64,000 bases of DNA from Kiritimatiellia bacterium (GTDB lineage: Bacteria; Verrucomicrobiota; Kiritimatiellia; JAAZAB01): assembly GCA_040767085.1 (NCBI GenBank), contig JAXGPF010000003.1, forward strand, positions 128,001 to 192,000, given 5' to 3'. Shown here piece by piece: positions 1-9,320 of the stretch. The position numbers and the translations under genes were made by a program. The stretch's first letter is position 1, and each line of letters opens with the position of its first letter. The notes below the pieces were generated by a model. It made no database searches. It saw only the letters and a program-made list of their open reading frames with translations, and was not told the DNA's origin.

Positions 1-597
1 GCCGCATATAGCTGTGTCTTTTATAACCACAATGGTGGCCATTGTCATATATTTAATCTATTGACTATCAACTGATTATCCTGATCGCCTGCCTTCAAGA
101 TCGGCTTTATGCATATCCATGAATTAGGCTTTATGCCGACAAACATCATAATCTGGATCAATGTAATTCATAAAGACTACCTGGAACGCTTTCTCGAAAA
201 TATTTGATTATTTTAGGGATAGCTCCATTTTTTCAACACAGGCGCACACTGCTCGCAGTCAGATTACCTCAAAGCCATCCCCCATCTCAACGAAATGTCG
301 AATCGGCAGCGCAAAACCAACGTTCATAACGCAATCCTGATTTATATCATTCGAACCGGATTATTAATTTATAGGACTGACCCCCTCTGTCTGACAAACG
401 GTCATAGATGGGCTTGCCAGCGCGATAGTACGCCAAATGTTGGACAAAACTGACAACCAGTGGGTACTGGTTTCGGAATATGTCGGAATCGTATTTCATT
501 CTTTGACACAACGTCGCGAGTCACCGGACAGTGTAAGACGCGCTCCGGCGTAGCGCACAGGGTCACAGGCGCACATGGTCAGACCTCAAATTAAAAC

Positions 598-828
598 TTA
601 ATATCTCATCCGCCGTGCCGCTCCAATGAGTTTATGTCTAACAATCGCCCGGCTGCCGCCACCCAACGCGCCCGTGTTTGATATTCCAATCTGGAACATC
701 AAACGCGCAACATCTTGCTCGGGAATGGCGAACATATAATCTAGAGGGAACCGACCGCAGTTTCGTGCTACCGCTTTGTTGAGGTCTCCGTTGACTGCGT
801 CGATTTCCTCTGTGGTTTCGATCTTCAT
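598..828 (-). pseudogene. Truncated ORF6N-domain (phage antirepressor-like) remnant
   Basis: LNKAVARNCGRFPLDYMF...LMFQIGIS..GG resembles the ORF6N core (LNQAVKRN..RFP.DFMFQL), but the N- and C-terminal parts are missing; low-GC context. Confidence 0.55.
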
Positions 829-1000
829 CGCTCTGGCAGAACAACATTATCCAGCATTTTTTTAAATATAGATCAATCTCAGAAAATCGGCAATAAAATA
901 ATTTTGATAAGTTCATGGATAACAAGTAATTATTACTAATTAGCATTGGGTGTTAATAACTTTACCCGGGCGCAGATGCACGGTCATCCACAGAAGATTT

Positions 1001-1131
1001 ATCCGCAGATTACGCAGATTTTCGCAGATTATTTTCTGAGGATCCGGCATCTGCGTTAATCTGCGTAATCTGTGGATTATTTCTCTGCTTCATCCGGAAT
1101 GATCATCCGCAGATTACGCAGATTTTCACAG
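1001..1131. repeat. Palindromic CAGATTACGCAGATT repeat unit (~103 bp) plus partial second copy
   Basis: atccgcagattacgcagattttcgcagat ... atctgcgttaatctgcgtaatctgtggat; near-identical units at 2577-2758. Confidence 0.85.
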
Positions 1132-1141
1132 GCACGTGTGA

Positions 1142-1726
1142 TCACCGCCGCGGTTTACCGCGTACGCCGGATTTGCTTTTTTGCGCTTTTAATTTCAGAC
1201 GTTCCCGAATTTGTTTGAATTGGTCGCGCATGCCTTCGGCGACAGACCATCTTTCGATTTCTTTGATGTCTATCTTATTATTGCAGGCTACGGCAACCGC
1301 TTGGTCAAGGCACTGTCGATCATGATCGTGATAGAACCAAGTGAGTCTGTCTTTGACACAGTCGGTGGGCGATATGATCAGGAGCATTCCAGTGGCTGTT
1401 TTAATCTTTAGAATGTCCTTAACAGGTTCTTCCCCGACGGCTGGGGGGCCTTGAGGAAACTCGATAAACAGGTCGGTATCCGGGTGTTTGAAATATCGTC
1501 CGTTTTCGGAAAATCCCAGTTCCTGCATTGCCGCGCGAAGCTCGCTGCGCTTGGGTGCCATTAGCGCAGTGTGTATCAGGTCCAAGTCCATTGACAGATA
1601 TTTCCCCCGGCTGTAGATTGAGACACAGGCCCCGCCGGACAGCACCACGTCTATGCCTCTGACGCGCAGGCGCTCCTGTATGAAAGCGGCAAGTTCCGCT
1701 CTGTCCATTTCGCTGATTGACTTCAC
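1142..1726 (-). CDS. Putative nucleotidyltransferase (Pol-beta/AbiEii-like superfamily), possible toxin
   Basis: LSGGACVSIYS...SMDLDL (GG...DxD motif); GTG start overlaps the upstream stop (GTGA). Confidence 0.65.
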   Translation of the reverse strand: MKSISEMDRAELAAFIQERLRVRGIDVVLSGGACVSIYSRGKYLSMDLDLIHTALMAPKRSELRAAMQELGFSENGRYFKHPDTDLFIEFPQGPPAVGEEPVKDILKIKTATGMLLIISPTDCVKDRLTWFYHDHDRQCLDQAVAVACNNKIDIKEIERWSVAEGMRDQFKQIRERLKLKAQKSKSGVRGKPRR

Positions 1727-2052
1727 AATGGTTTTCCAAGACGCCTGGGCCTGCGCCTGTTCATAATAAGTTTTTCTTTCAAGTCTTCAGGACAGAACGT
1801 CATCACCTTGACAAGAAGATTTTTAAGCTCCGCCAGGAACGGACAACGAGGATTGAATGAATACAACCTTGTCCGTCCGACAGACCGGCTGCGGAGAATG
1901 CCTCCGATCTCAAGTCGATCAAGCTGGTTTCGAATAGGCTTGTAATCAACGCCGAAAAAACGTGCTATTTCGCGTGGATAACCCTCTCCGCGGGCTGAAA
2001 TGAACAACAAGACTTGTTCGCAACTTCTTGAACCAACCAAATATTCCAGCAT
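1723..2052 (-). CDS. Winged helix-turn-helix protein, possible antitoxin or regulator
   Basis: GYPREIARFFGVDYKPIRNQLDRLEIGGIL.SRSVGRTRLY wHTH pattern; AGGAG RBS; coupled to the NTase gene. Confidence 0.75.
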   Translation of the reverse strand: MLEYLVGSRSCEQVLLFISARGEGYPREIARFFGVDYKPIRNQLDRLEIGGILRSRSVGRTRLYSFNPRCPFLAELKNLLVKVMTFCPEDLKEKLIMNRRRPRRLGKPL

Positions 2053-2158
2053 TGGCCATACTCCTCAACCTTGCATTAATTGATGTCATGCATGCATCAC
2101 ATGATGCACTATTTACATCAATATACATCGGACATTTTTAACACGCAAGATTATTCTA

Positions 2159-2442
2159 CCTGAATTTTGCACCGCGCAAGTTTGGCGCAGGGCGCGGCGC
2201 GAGGGGTGCCGCTGTATAAATATACCGCAAATCCCCGAGCAACAAAGCCCTGCACCAAAAACTTGTCCGCCATAGTCGGACGGCGGCGGATCGCGCGGCT
2301 GGCTGCCGGCGAATATTGGTGTTTCCGGAAAATTTACTTGTGTAACCATATGGGTGATAGCAAATAACTGTGCAAATATTAATTTGCACTCGCTATGATT
2401 GCTTTAAATCATTTCAACACCAATATTCGTGCAAAATTCAGG
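2159..2442. mobile_element. MITE with 14-bp perfect TIR and 5-bp target duplication
   Basis: CCTGAATTTTGCAC (2159-2172) / GTGCAAAATTCAGG (2429-2442); TTCTA on both sides (2154-2158, 2443-2447); no credible ORF. Confidence 0.85.
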
Positions 2443-2576
2443 TTCTACAGAATTCCTGGTTCTGCCATTATCCTGGTTTTTAACCAGCCGGTCGTTGATG
2501 TATTTATGCAGGACGCTCGACAACAGCGTTTGGTACGGCATCCCTTTACAGGCGCACAGGGCCAGACTTCAAATTA

Positions 2577-2758
2577 GGATTACGCAGATTTTCGCAGATT
2601 ATTATCAGAAGATCCGGCATCTGCGTTAATCTGTGAAATCTGCGGATTATTTCTCTGCTTCATCCGGAATGATCGTCCGCAGATTACGCCGATTTTCGCA
2701 GATTATTATCAGAAGATCCGGAATCTGCGTTAATCTGCGTAATCTGCGGATTATTTCT
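2577..2758. repeat. Two tandem palindromic CAGATTACGCAGATT units
   Basis: Same unit and linker (tatttctctgcttcatccggaatgatc) as 1001-1131. Confidence 0.85.
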
Positions 2759-2893
2759 TCCCATTGGACGCGTGGCGGTCAAGAGCCTGACCGTTCTACC
2801 AAATTCAGGACAATTACGAAAATATTAATAAGTCGGAACAGACGGCTCACGGCACGTTCGCCCTCCAGCGGAAGCAGAGCGGGACGGGGGCCG

Positions 2894-2976
2894 GTCCTGA
2901 GCTTGTCGAATGGGCGTCCCGGCTCCAACGGGAACAGAGTGCGAAGAGGGCTTGTCCTGAGCTTGCCGAATGGGCG
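2894..2976. repeat. Two small hairpin repeats GTCCTGAGCTTG(T/C)CGAATGGGC
   Basis: Copies start near 2894 and 2954; a related inverted copy lies at 9124-9144. Confidence 0.7.
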
Positions 2977-4212
2977 TTACCGGTCCAGCCAGCGGCCGTC
3001 GAAGAGCAGATTGATGTCGCGCTGGATTTCCGCGCGCGTTACAAGCCAGCCGGCGCGGGCCAGGTCGAGGTATTTCTGGCTCAGGACGTCGCCGATGATG
3101 CCCCGGGAATGCCGCCATTTATAGATGAGCTGGTCGAGCACGCGGGCGTCGGAATGCTGGGGAATGAACGACAAACCGAGCATTTCCAGGCGCATGGCGG
3201 TAATCTCCCGGATGAGCGACGGGTTGTTCAGGAACCACCAGCAGCCGAATGGCAGCAGATTCTTGAACTTGCGCGCGGCCACGCAGAGCGCGTGCATGTT
3301 CTCGCGCGCCAGCATGGTCACCATGAACCGGACGTCGCCGAAATCCCGCGCCAGGTATTCCACCGTCTCCATCAGGGCGCAGCCCACGGAGTCGCCGGCA
3401 AGGACCAGGTCGGGGTTGACCAGTTTCCGGACGCCGATCATCATCGCCACGGGAATCCCGCGCTCGCGCGCGACGGGAATGGCCGCTTTGACCATGAGGT
3501 TTGTGATGCTGGATTCCACGTCGGGATAGCGGAAATCCGGCGGCAGACTGATGGCCAGGTAGCGCGCGTCCATTTTGTCGCACCACTCCATCAGGTACCG
3601 GCGCACTTCGGCCAGGGTCGGACCGGAAAGCGAGGTATCCGTCCGGTACCCCATCTGGCGCAGCCGCCCTGCCCCGGCCGGCCAGTTCATCAGGGCGCTG
3701 TCCAGGCGCAATACCGCCAGGAACCGGGAATCGCGCTGAAAGCCCCGCAGCCACACCGGCTGCTCCGCCGGATCCAGCGGATCGTTGGTCATGTAAACCT
3801 TGCGGATACCGGCCAAATCCAATACGCGGTCGGTATAGTCCCGGACATTCTGCCCGGCGAAATACTCGCGGTAGGTTTTCAGCGACCGCGCCGCGACATC
3901 CAGGCCCAGGGCGTCCAGCACCGTCAGCACCCCCCGGCAGGCTTCGGATACCGGCGAGCGTTTGACGAACAGTTCCTCCCAGACCAGTTCTGCCTGCCGG
4001 GCCTTGGGTTCCGCCAGGAAGTTCCGGCATTCCCAGTCCGGCCGGGCGCGCATGACTTCCGCCAGCAGGTAGTGATATGTCAGCAGTTCGTCAATCCCCC
4101 AGAGCAGCAACGGCCCCATGGCGGGATCGAAGGTATGGGTATGGATGTCGGTGATGGGCGTGGATGCCATTAATTCACTGACTGCCGCGCGTATTTCCGT
4201 TTCCTGGTTCAT
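2977..4212 (-). CDS. uxaC: Uronate (glucuronate) isomerase, divergent BH0493-like amidohydrolase type
   Basis: ITDIHTH metal motif, WGIDELLTYHYL, GCWWFLNNP, PQHSDARVLDQLIYKW. Confidence 0.85.
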   Translation of the reverse strand: MNQETEIRAAVSELMASTPITDIHTHTFDPAMGPLLLWGIDELLTYHYLLAEVMRARPDWECRNFLAEPKARQAELVWEELFVKRSPVSEACRGVLTVLDALGLDVAARSLKTYREYFAGQNVRDYTDRVLDLAGIRKVYMTNDPLDPAEQPVWLRGFQRDSRFLAVLRLDSALMNWPAGAGRLRQMGYRTDTSLSGPTLAEVRRYLMEWCDKMDARYLAISLPPDFRYPDVESSITNLMVKAAIPVARERGIPVAMMIGVRKLVNPDLVLAGDSVGCALMETVEYLARDFGDVRFMVTMLARENMHALCVAARKFKNLLPFGCWWFLNNPSLIREITAMRLEMLGLSFIPQHSDARVLDQLIYKWRHSRGIIGDVLSQKYLDLARAGWLVTRAEIQRDINLLFDGRWLDR

Positions 4213-4235
4213 ATATCACGCCCTCTCGTCTGTGT

Positions 4236-4443
4236 CATCCGCGGATTATTTTTTATCCACAGATTACGCAGATTTTCGCAGATTATTTTACCTGAATACG
4301 GCAAACGGAAAATCCTCTCACCCGCCTTCGTCAAGACTACGGTGGGCAAGCCCAAGCCACCAAGAAAGCACCAGCAGGAACTGCCGCATAGCAGCATGTT
4401 TTCCTTCACCGCTCGTCCTTCGTGGCTTAGTGTCTTTGTGAGA
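4236..4443. repeat. Intergenic repeat cluster: CAGATT repeat, 30-bp micro-hairpin and CTTCGTGGCTTAGTGTCTTTGTG-type repeat
   Basis: tatccacagattacgcagattttcgcagatt at 4255-4285; ccgccttcgtcaagactacggtgggcaagc at 4322-4351. Confidence 0.65.
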
Positions 4444-4483
4444 TAATAAAGCGGGTTTCCACGGGAAGTTACTGAACCTGAAT

Positions 4484-5860
4484 TTATTTCTTCCCGCCCA
4501 ATACTTCGTCAATCGCCTCTTCAAAGACCCGGATGGACTCGCGCAGCGCATCCCGGGTGATCGTCAGGGGCGGCGCGATCTTCAGGCATTCCCCGCCGAT
4601 GCCGACAGGCGCAAACATCAGCAAGCCTTTCTGGAAGCAGGCGACGTTGATCCGCTGCGCCAGTTCGGGATTAGGCTCCTTGGTGCCGGGTTTGACCACC
4701 TGGATGCCGGCCACCAGGCCCTTGCCCTGAGTGCAGCCCAGCACGTCCGGGTACTTCTGCTGGATGCGGCGCAATTCGGGTATCAGGATTTCGCCCATGG
4801 CGGCGGCATTGGCCGTCAGGTTATCGCGCAACAGCACCTGCAGGTTGGCCAGGGCGGCGGCCACCGGCAGGGGCGAACCGGAATGGGTGGAAGTCATCGA
4901 GCCGGGGGCGTACAATCCCTGGATATCGCGGCGGCCAATCACCGCCGCGATGGGCAGCGAGGAGGAAATGCCCTTGCCGCAGGCAATCAGGTCCGGCGTG
5001 ACGCCATAATGCTGATAACAGAACATTTTCCCGGTGCGGCCGAACCCGGCCTGGACTTCATCAAAGCACAGGACGATGTCATGTTCCCGGCAGAATGCCT
5101 CCAGTTTTTTGGCGTATTCCACCGGCAGGAAGTCCGGCCCGATGCCCTGGTAGCTTTCCGTCATCACCCCCGCGACTTCTTCGGGCTTGATGTTCCGGTC
5201 GCGCAGGGTTTGCAGGAACTGGTCAAACGACTGGTTGGTGTTCTTATAGCCGTCGGGGAACGGGGTCTGGATGAAAGTCTGGTCGCTTTCCCCAAGCCAT
5301 TTTTTCAGCTTGGCCATGCCGCCGGCCAGTTGGGCGCCCATGGTGCGGCCGTGGAAGGCATTGTTAAAGGAAATGAAGTAACGTTTCCGCGGGCCATGCT
5401 TTTCCATGGCGTAGGTCTTGGCAAGCTTGATGCAGTTTTCCGTGGCCTCGCTGCCGGAACTCAACAGGAAAACCGTGTAATCGGGGGGTTTCGGCGCCAG
5501 CGACTGCAGGAGGGCGGTCAGTTCCGCGCGCTGCTCATGCACGAAAACATAAGTGGAAAGCAGTCCCTGGTTGATGATCCGGAGCAGGGCTTCGCGGATT
5601 TCAGGGTGGTTATGCCCGACATTCGTGATCAGCACGCCGGAGGACCAGTCCAGCCAGCGGTTGCCCCAGCGGTCGCTGACGGTGATATCCTCGGCCTTAT
5701 GCCAGACGATCGGCGGCTGACCCATCATGGATTGCGGCTCGGTCTGGCGCAGTTTTTCGAAAATCGGCAGGGATTCAGGCACCGGTAGCTTGGTTTTGAT
5801 GGTGCGGTACTTCGTATTGACATGCGGAACATCCACCGGGGTAAGATCGTAAACAGCCAT
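4484..5860 (-). CDS. Class III PLP-dependent aminotransferase (GabT/ArgD-like)
   Basis: SGSEATE, AFHGRT, FDEVQAGFGRTG, ACGKGI, STHSGSP; GGAGG RBS. Confidence 0.9.
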   Translation of the reverse strand: MAVYDLTPVDVPHVNTKYRTIKTKLPVPESLPIFEKLRQTEPQSMMGQPPIVWHKAEDITVSDRWGNRWLDWSSGVLITNVGHNHPEIREALLRIINQGLLSTYVFVHEQRAELTALLQSLAPKPPDYTVFLLSSGSEATENCIKLAKTYAMEKHGPRKRYFISFNNAFHGRTMGAQLAGGMAKLKKWLGESDQTFIQTPFPDGYKNTNQSFDQFLQTLRDRNIKPEEVAGVMTESYQGIGPDFLPVEYAKKLEAFCREHDIVLCFDEVQAGFGRTGKMFCYQHYGVTPDLIACGKGISSSLPIAAVIGRRDIQGLYAPGSMTSTHSGSPLPVAAALANLQVLLRDNLTANAAAMGEILIPELRRIQQKYPDVLGCTQGKGLVAGIQVVKPGTKEPNPELAQRINVACFQKGLLMFAPVGIGGECLKIAPPLTITRDALRESIRVFEEAIDEVLGGKK

Positions 5861-5964
5861 GGCAAAACCTCCTATGATAGCATGATTGCCTCATTCCCGA
5901 GCGGAAAAGAGGTAATATTTCTTATAGCAAACTGCCCTGCTATGTCAAGCAATAACCGCCAATC

Positions 5965-7350
5965 TGTCGTAAACAAATGACTTGGCCGCATAATTAACAA
6001 ATGATTTGTCCGCTTAAAGCTGTCAGGATGGTGCATTCAAAGGGGGGTTATATGGATGAATATCCGAAGGCAGCACTGGAGCGGGCAATGAAGGTACAGG
6101 AAGTGATCTTGCGTGCGATTGAAGGGCGGTTAATGTGGTGGGAGGCGGCGGAGATACTAGGTGTGAGCTACCGGACCATGCGGCGCTGGAAAGGGCGCTA
6201 CGAGCGGTATGGTTACGACGGGCTGCTGGATCGTCGGCGGAAGATACCGGGGCCGCGGCGCGTGCCCCTTGCGACGGTGAAGCAGGTGCTGAGGTTGTAC
6301 CGAGAAGAATACATGGATTTCAATGTGAGGCATTTTCACGAGAAGCTGCAGGCGGAGCATGGGATCGAGCTCAGTTATCAGTGGGTCAAGAGCGCCTTGC
6401 AGACGGCCGGGTTGGTGGCGAAGGCCCGGAAACGAGGGCCGCATCGGCAGCAGCGGGAACGGCGACCAATGGCGGGGATGATGTTGATGGTGGATGGCAG
6501 CACCCATGCCTGGTTGCCCCTGCTGGCGGGCCAGAAGCAGGATCTGATCCTGGTGATGGACGATGCCACCAGCGAAGTCTACACGGCCTATCTTGTGCCC
6601 CAGGAAGGGACATTAACGGTGATGAAGGGGTTGAAAGAAGTCATTATTAAACATGGGGTTTTCTGCAGTCTGTACACGGATCGTGGCAGTCATTTCTTTT
6701 ATACGCCCAAAGAAGGCGGGGCGGTGGACCGGCGTCAATTGACGCAAATTGGACGGGCGTTGCAACAGTTGGGGATCGAACATATTCCGAGCTATAGCCC
6801 CCAGGGACGTGGGCGAATAGAGCGGATGTTTAAGACCTGGCAAGGGCGCCTGCCGCAGGAATTAAGGCAGGCGGGAATCCGGACGATGGCCGAGGCCAAC
6901 GTCTATATTCAACAACAGTTTCTGCCTTCCTTCAATCGCAACATGAAGGTGAAGGCGCGGGAAACAGGAACGTGTTTCGTGCCTTGCGGTGAGCAGGATT
7001 TGGACAGCATTTTCTGTGTGCAGCATGCGCGAGAGGTTCAAAATGACAATACCGTGGCTGTCGGGAGTCGCCGCTTGCAGATTGGACCATCAAAATGGCG
7101 TTTCAGCTTCGCCAAGTGCCGGGTTAAAGTCTGCGAGCACCTCGATGGCACGGTGTCCATCCGTTATGGCCCGCATGTGGTTGGCCGCTACCAAGGACCG
7201 TTGAACATTTCGGCGTCGCTGGAGGACGTCGCATAAACTTTTTCCTCCCCCGCGGGGGAGGAAAATCCTCACCCCAGGAGCAACAACACACAATAACAAA
7301 TCGGACAGATCACTTGTTACAAAAAGCGGACACTTGACTTGTTACGAACA
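5965..7350 (+). mobile_element. Complete IS of the IS1202 (ISNCY) type, 1386 bp, 16-bp target duplication
   Basis: TGT...ACA ends with imperfect IRs (TGTCGTAAACAAATGACTTGGCCGC / TGTTCGTAACAAGTCAAGTGTCCGC); GCAATAACCGCCAATC at 5949-5964 and 7351-7366. Confidence 0.9.
6052..7236 (+). CDS. DDE transposase, IS1202/ISNCY type
   Basis: N-terminal HTH (EAAEILGVSYRTMRRW); DGSTH, DDATS, YTDRGS, PQGRGRIER.F.TWQGRL; start uncertain (6052 or 6088). Confidence 0.9.
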   Translation: MDEYPKAALERAMKVQEVILRAIEGRLMWWEAAEILGVSYRTMRRWKGRYERYGYDGLLDRRRKIPGPRRVPLATVKQVLRLYREEYMDFNVRHFHEKLQAEHGIELSYQWVKSALQTAGLVAKARKRGPHRQQRERRPMAGMMLMVDGSTHAWLPLLAGQKQDLILVMDDATSEVYTAYLVPQEGTLTVMKGLKEVIIKHGVFCSLYTDRGSHFFYTPKEGGAVDRRQLTQIGRALQQLGIEHIPSYSPQGRGRIERMFKTWQGRLPQELRQAGIRTMAEANVYIQQQFLPSFNRNMKVKARETGTCFVPCGEQDLDSIFCVQHAREVQNDNTVAVGSRRLQIGPSKWRFSFAKCRVKVCEHLDGTVSIRYGPHVVGRYQGPLNISASLEDVA

Positions 7351-7375
7351 GCAATAACCGCCAATCCGGTGATGC

Positions 7376-7514
7376 TTGGTGTAGTAGTCCGGCTTTGCCG
7401 GACATCCCAGATTCCTGATGCGCCACGCAGTGGCGCTGCTACAACCGGAGCCGGATGCGCCACGCAGTGGCGTTGCTACAACCGGAGCCGGATGCGCCAC
7501 GCAGTGGCACCGCT
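7376..7514. repeat. GTAG-type REP cluster: one hairpin plus 2.7 tandem 37-bp units, flanked by a 23-bp direct repeat
   Basis: gatgcgccacgcagtggcgYtgctacaaccggagccg at 7417, 7454 and 7491 (partial); aataaccgccaatYcggtgatgc at 7353-7375 and 7515-7537. Confidence 0.8.
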
Positions 7515-7550
7515 AATAACCGCCAATTCGGTGATGCAGCATACTGGCGC

Positions 7551-8015
7551 TCATGGGGCAATGCCGTTGCGGCGGTCAGACGCGCGCAAGCGTTGGAAAA
7601 AATTCTGGAGCAGGGCGGCGCACTCGCCGGCCAGCACCCCGGCGCGCACTTCTACTCCCGGCGCGGCAAAATGGGTCTGCGGGTCGCTGGCGCCGAAAAC
7701 CACGCGGGAAATGCGCGCCAGCACGATGGCGCCGCCGCACATCGGACACGGCTCCTTGGTGACGTAAAGCGTGGTTTCGTTCAGCCGCCAGTCGCCCAAA
7801 GCCGAAGCCGCCTGGGTGATGGCGATCATTTCCGCGTGCGCGGTCGGGTCTTTCAGCAACTCCACCTGGTTATGCGCGCGGCCGATCACTTCCGCGCCGC
7901 GGACTATCACCGCACCCACCGGCACATCGCCCGCCTCGGCCGCCAGGGCGGCCTGCTGCAGCGCCAGGCGCATATAATTTTCATCCTGATCGGGCATATT
8001 TGTTGCGGAATCCAT
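7551..8015 (-). CDS. tadA: tRNA adenosine(34) deaminase
   Basis: VPVGAV, DPTAHAE, LYVTKEPCPMCGGAI. Confidence 0.88.
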   Translation of the reverse strand: MDSATNMPDQDENYMRLALQQAALAAEAGDVPVGAVIVRGAEVIGRAHNQVELLKDPTAHAEMIAITQAASALGDWRLNETTLYVTKEPCPMCGGAIVLARISRVVFGASDPQTHFAAPGVEVRAGVLAGECAALLQNFFQRLRASDRRNGIAP

Positions 8016-8088
8016 GCAGTTAAGGCATAATATCCGGAGCGGGAATCAACCGCAATTGTATTTTCCGCAAACCACGGGAGGAAACGCC

Positions 8089-8274
8089 ATGCGCTTTGGA
8101 TTCTGGGAAATTGTCGCCGTCGTCGCGGTCATTATCCTGCTGTTCGGCGCCCGGCGTCTGCCGGATTTGGCGCGCGCCCTCGGCCGCAGTTTGAGCGAAT
8201 TCAAAAAAGGGCGGGCGGAAGGCATGGCTCCGGACAAACACGAAGAGCAACCGGACGATAAATCCTCGTCATAG
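8089..8274 (+). CDS. tatA: Twin-arginine translocase subunit TatA/E
   Basis: TM helix followed by LLFGARRLPDLARALGRSLSEFKKG; GGAGG RBS before ATG 8089. Confidence 0.92.
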   Translation: MRFGFWEIVAVVAVIILLFGARRLPDLARALGRSLSEFKKGRAEGMAPDKHEEQPDDKSSS

Positions 8275-8353
8275 GCCGGCATCGGAACACGTCAGCGCGC
8301 CCGAATATGCCCCGCCGCGCCGGGGCGTGATAGCTTCCGCATCATCGCCCCGG

Positions 8354-8731
8354 TCAATCAACTTCCTCGGCATCGCTTGCAGCGTCAGGGGTAGATGTTT
8401 CCGCCGGCGGCTCATCCGTATCGGCGACAGCCGGCGCGTCCGCGGTTTCCGCCGCGGGAGAAGCCGGAGCGGCCGGCGCGCTGGATGGCAAAACGGAAGT
8501 TGTCGCGGGCGGCAAGGACAGGTTATGGGACACCGCGGGCGCCGCGGGCGTGCCGCTTGCCGGCGCGCCAGCCCAAACGGAAGGCGAAGCCTGGTAATAG
8601 CTGTGCTCGGCGTATTGCATGTACAGCACCGTACCCAACATCGCCAGGGCCAGCACGGCAAGACTGACAGTCAGCATTGCCTGTGCGCTCCCGGCGCGGG
8701 CGGCGTTTTTACTTTCGTTGATCTTTTCCAT
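8354..8731 (-). CDS. Hypothetical single-pass membrane protein with Pro/Ala/acidic tail
   Basis: One hydrophobic segment (MLTVSLAVLALAMLGTVLY) and a low-complexity C-terminus. Confidence 0.55.
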   Translation of the reverse strand: MEKINESKNAARAGSAQAMLTVSLAVLALAMLGTVLYMQYAEHSYYQASPSVWAGAPASGTPAAPAVSHNLSLPPATTSVLPSSAPAAPASPAAETADAPAVADTDEPPAETSTPDAASDAEEVD

Positions 8732-8923
8732 GGCGAAAACTCCGGTAACTGACCTCCAGCCGGCCGCCGGTGCAAGGCGGCATTCATAGCCCCGGAGTAT
8801 ATGCTCTTGCCTCGCGGCGGTCAATGGATTTCGTCATAAATTCCGCCTGGCGTTATCATTCTTGGGAGAGACGAACCGTCCCTGGCAAACCGCAAGAATG
8901 ATACCGTTCGCCCGCCGCAGCCA

Positions 8924-9303
8924 GGTATAAGACAAATTAGTTGGAGTAGTACGGCAGCAGGGATGCGTAGCGAATTCCGTTCGAAAAGAACGGCGGCCAT
9001 TTTGGGGCGTCTGTCCGCTGCGCGGACCCTGCGGGCGTGGTTGCAGGCGATGGCGCAATCAAGAGATTAGCGCCATCGCCTGCGCCCACGCATCCACCCC
9101 AAACTTGCCTTGTTTTTTCGAACCCCTCGACAAGCTCGGGGAGCGGAATTCGCAACGCGGTGGCCCAATTTCGGCCAGGATGGTGTAACCTGGCCGAAAT
9201 TACCGGAATTTACATGTTGTATCTATAACGGACTCATAAATCACACTGAAATCCACCGTGAATTTAAAGTTTATACAAATCACCAATAAAATTGTCTTAT
9301 ACC
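8924..9303. mobile_element. MITE-like element with 12-bp perfect TIR, ~11-bp target duplication and a long internal hairpin
   Basis: GGTATAAGACAA / TTGTCTTATACC; cgccgcagcca (8913-8923) versus cgccgcggcca (9304-9314). Confidence 0.75.
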
Positions 9304-9320
9304 CGCCGCGGCCAACACCT

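Noticed and set aside
1-370. Coding potential of the AT-rich window start
   Set aside because: Only short frames with no recognisable motif; it cannot be called without upstream sequence.
504-570. Possible integron attC site (CACAAC...gtcaccgga...tccggcg)
   Set aside because: No matching GTTRRRY end, no cassette array and no integron integrase; at most a degenerate remnant.
2633-3124. 163-aa ORF and other short ORFs over repeats (4209-4409, 8834-9228, 9320-9526, 47074-47350)
   Set aside because: They are translations of palindromic repeats and MITEs with no protein-like features.
7417-7514. 37-bp repeats as a CRISPR array
   Set aside because: The units are directly tandem with no unique spacers, there are no cas genes, and each unit is a GTAG-type REP hairpin.
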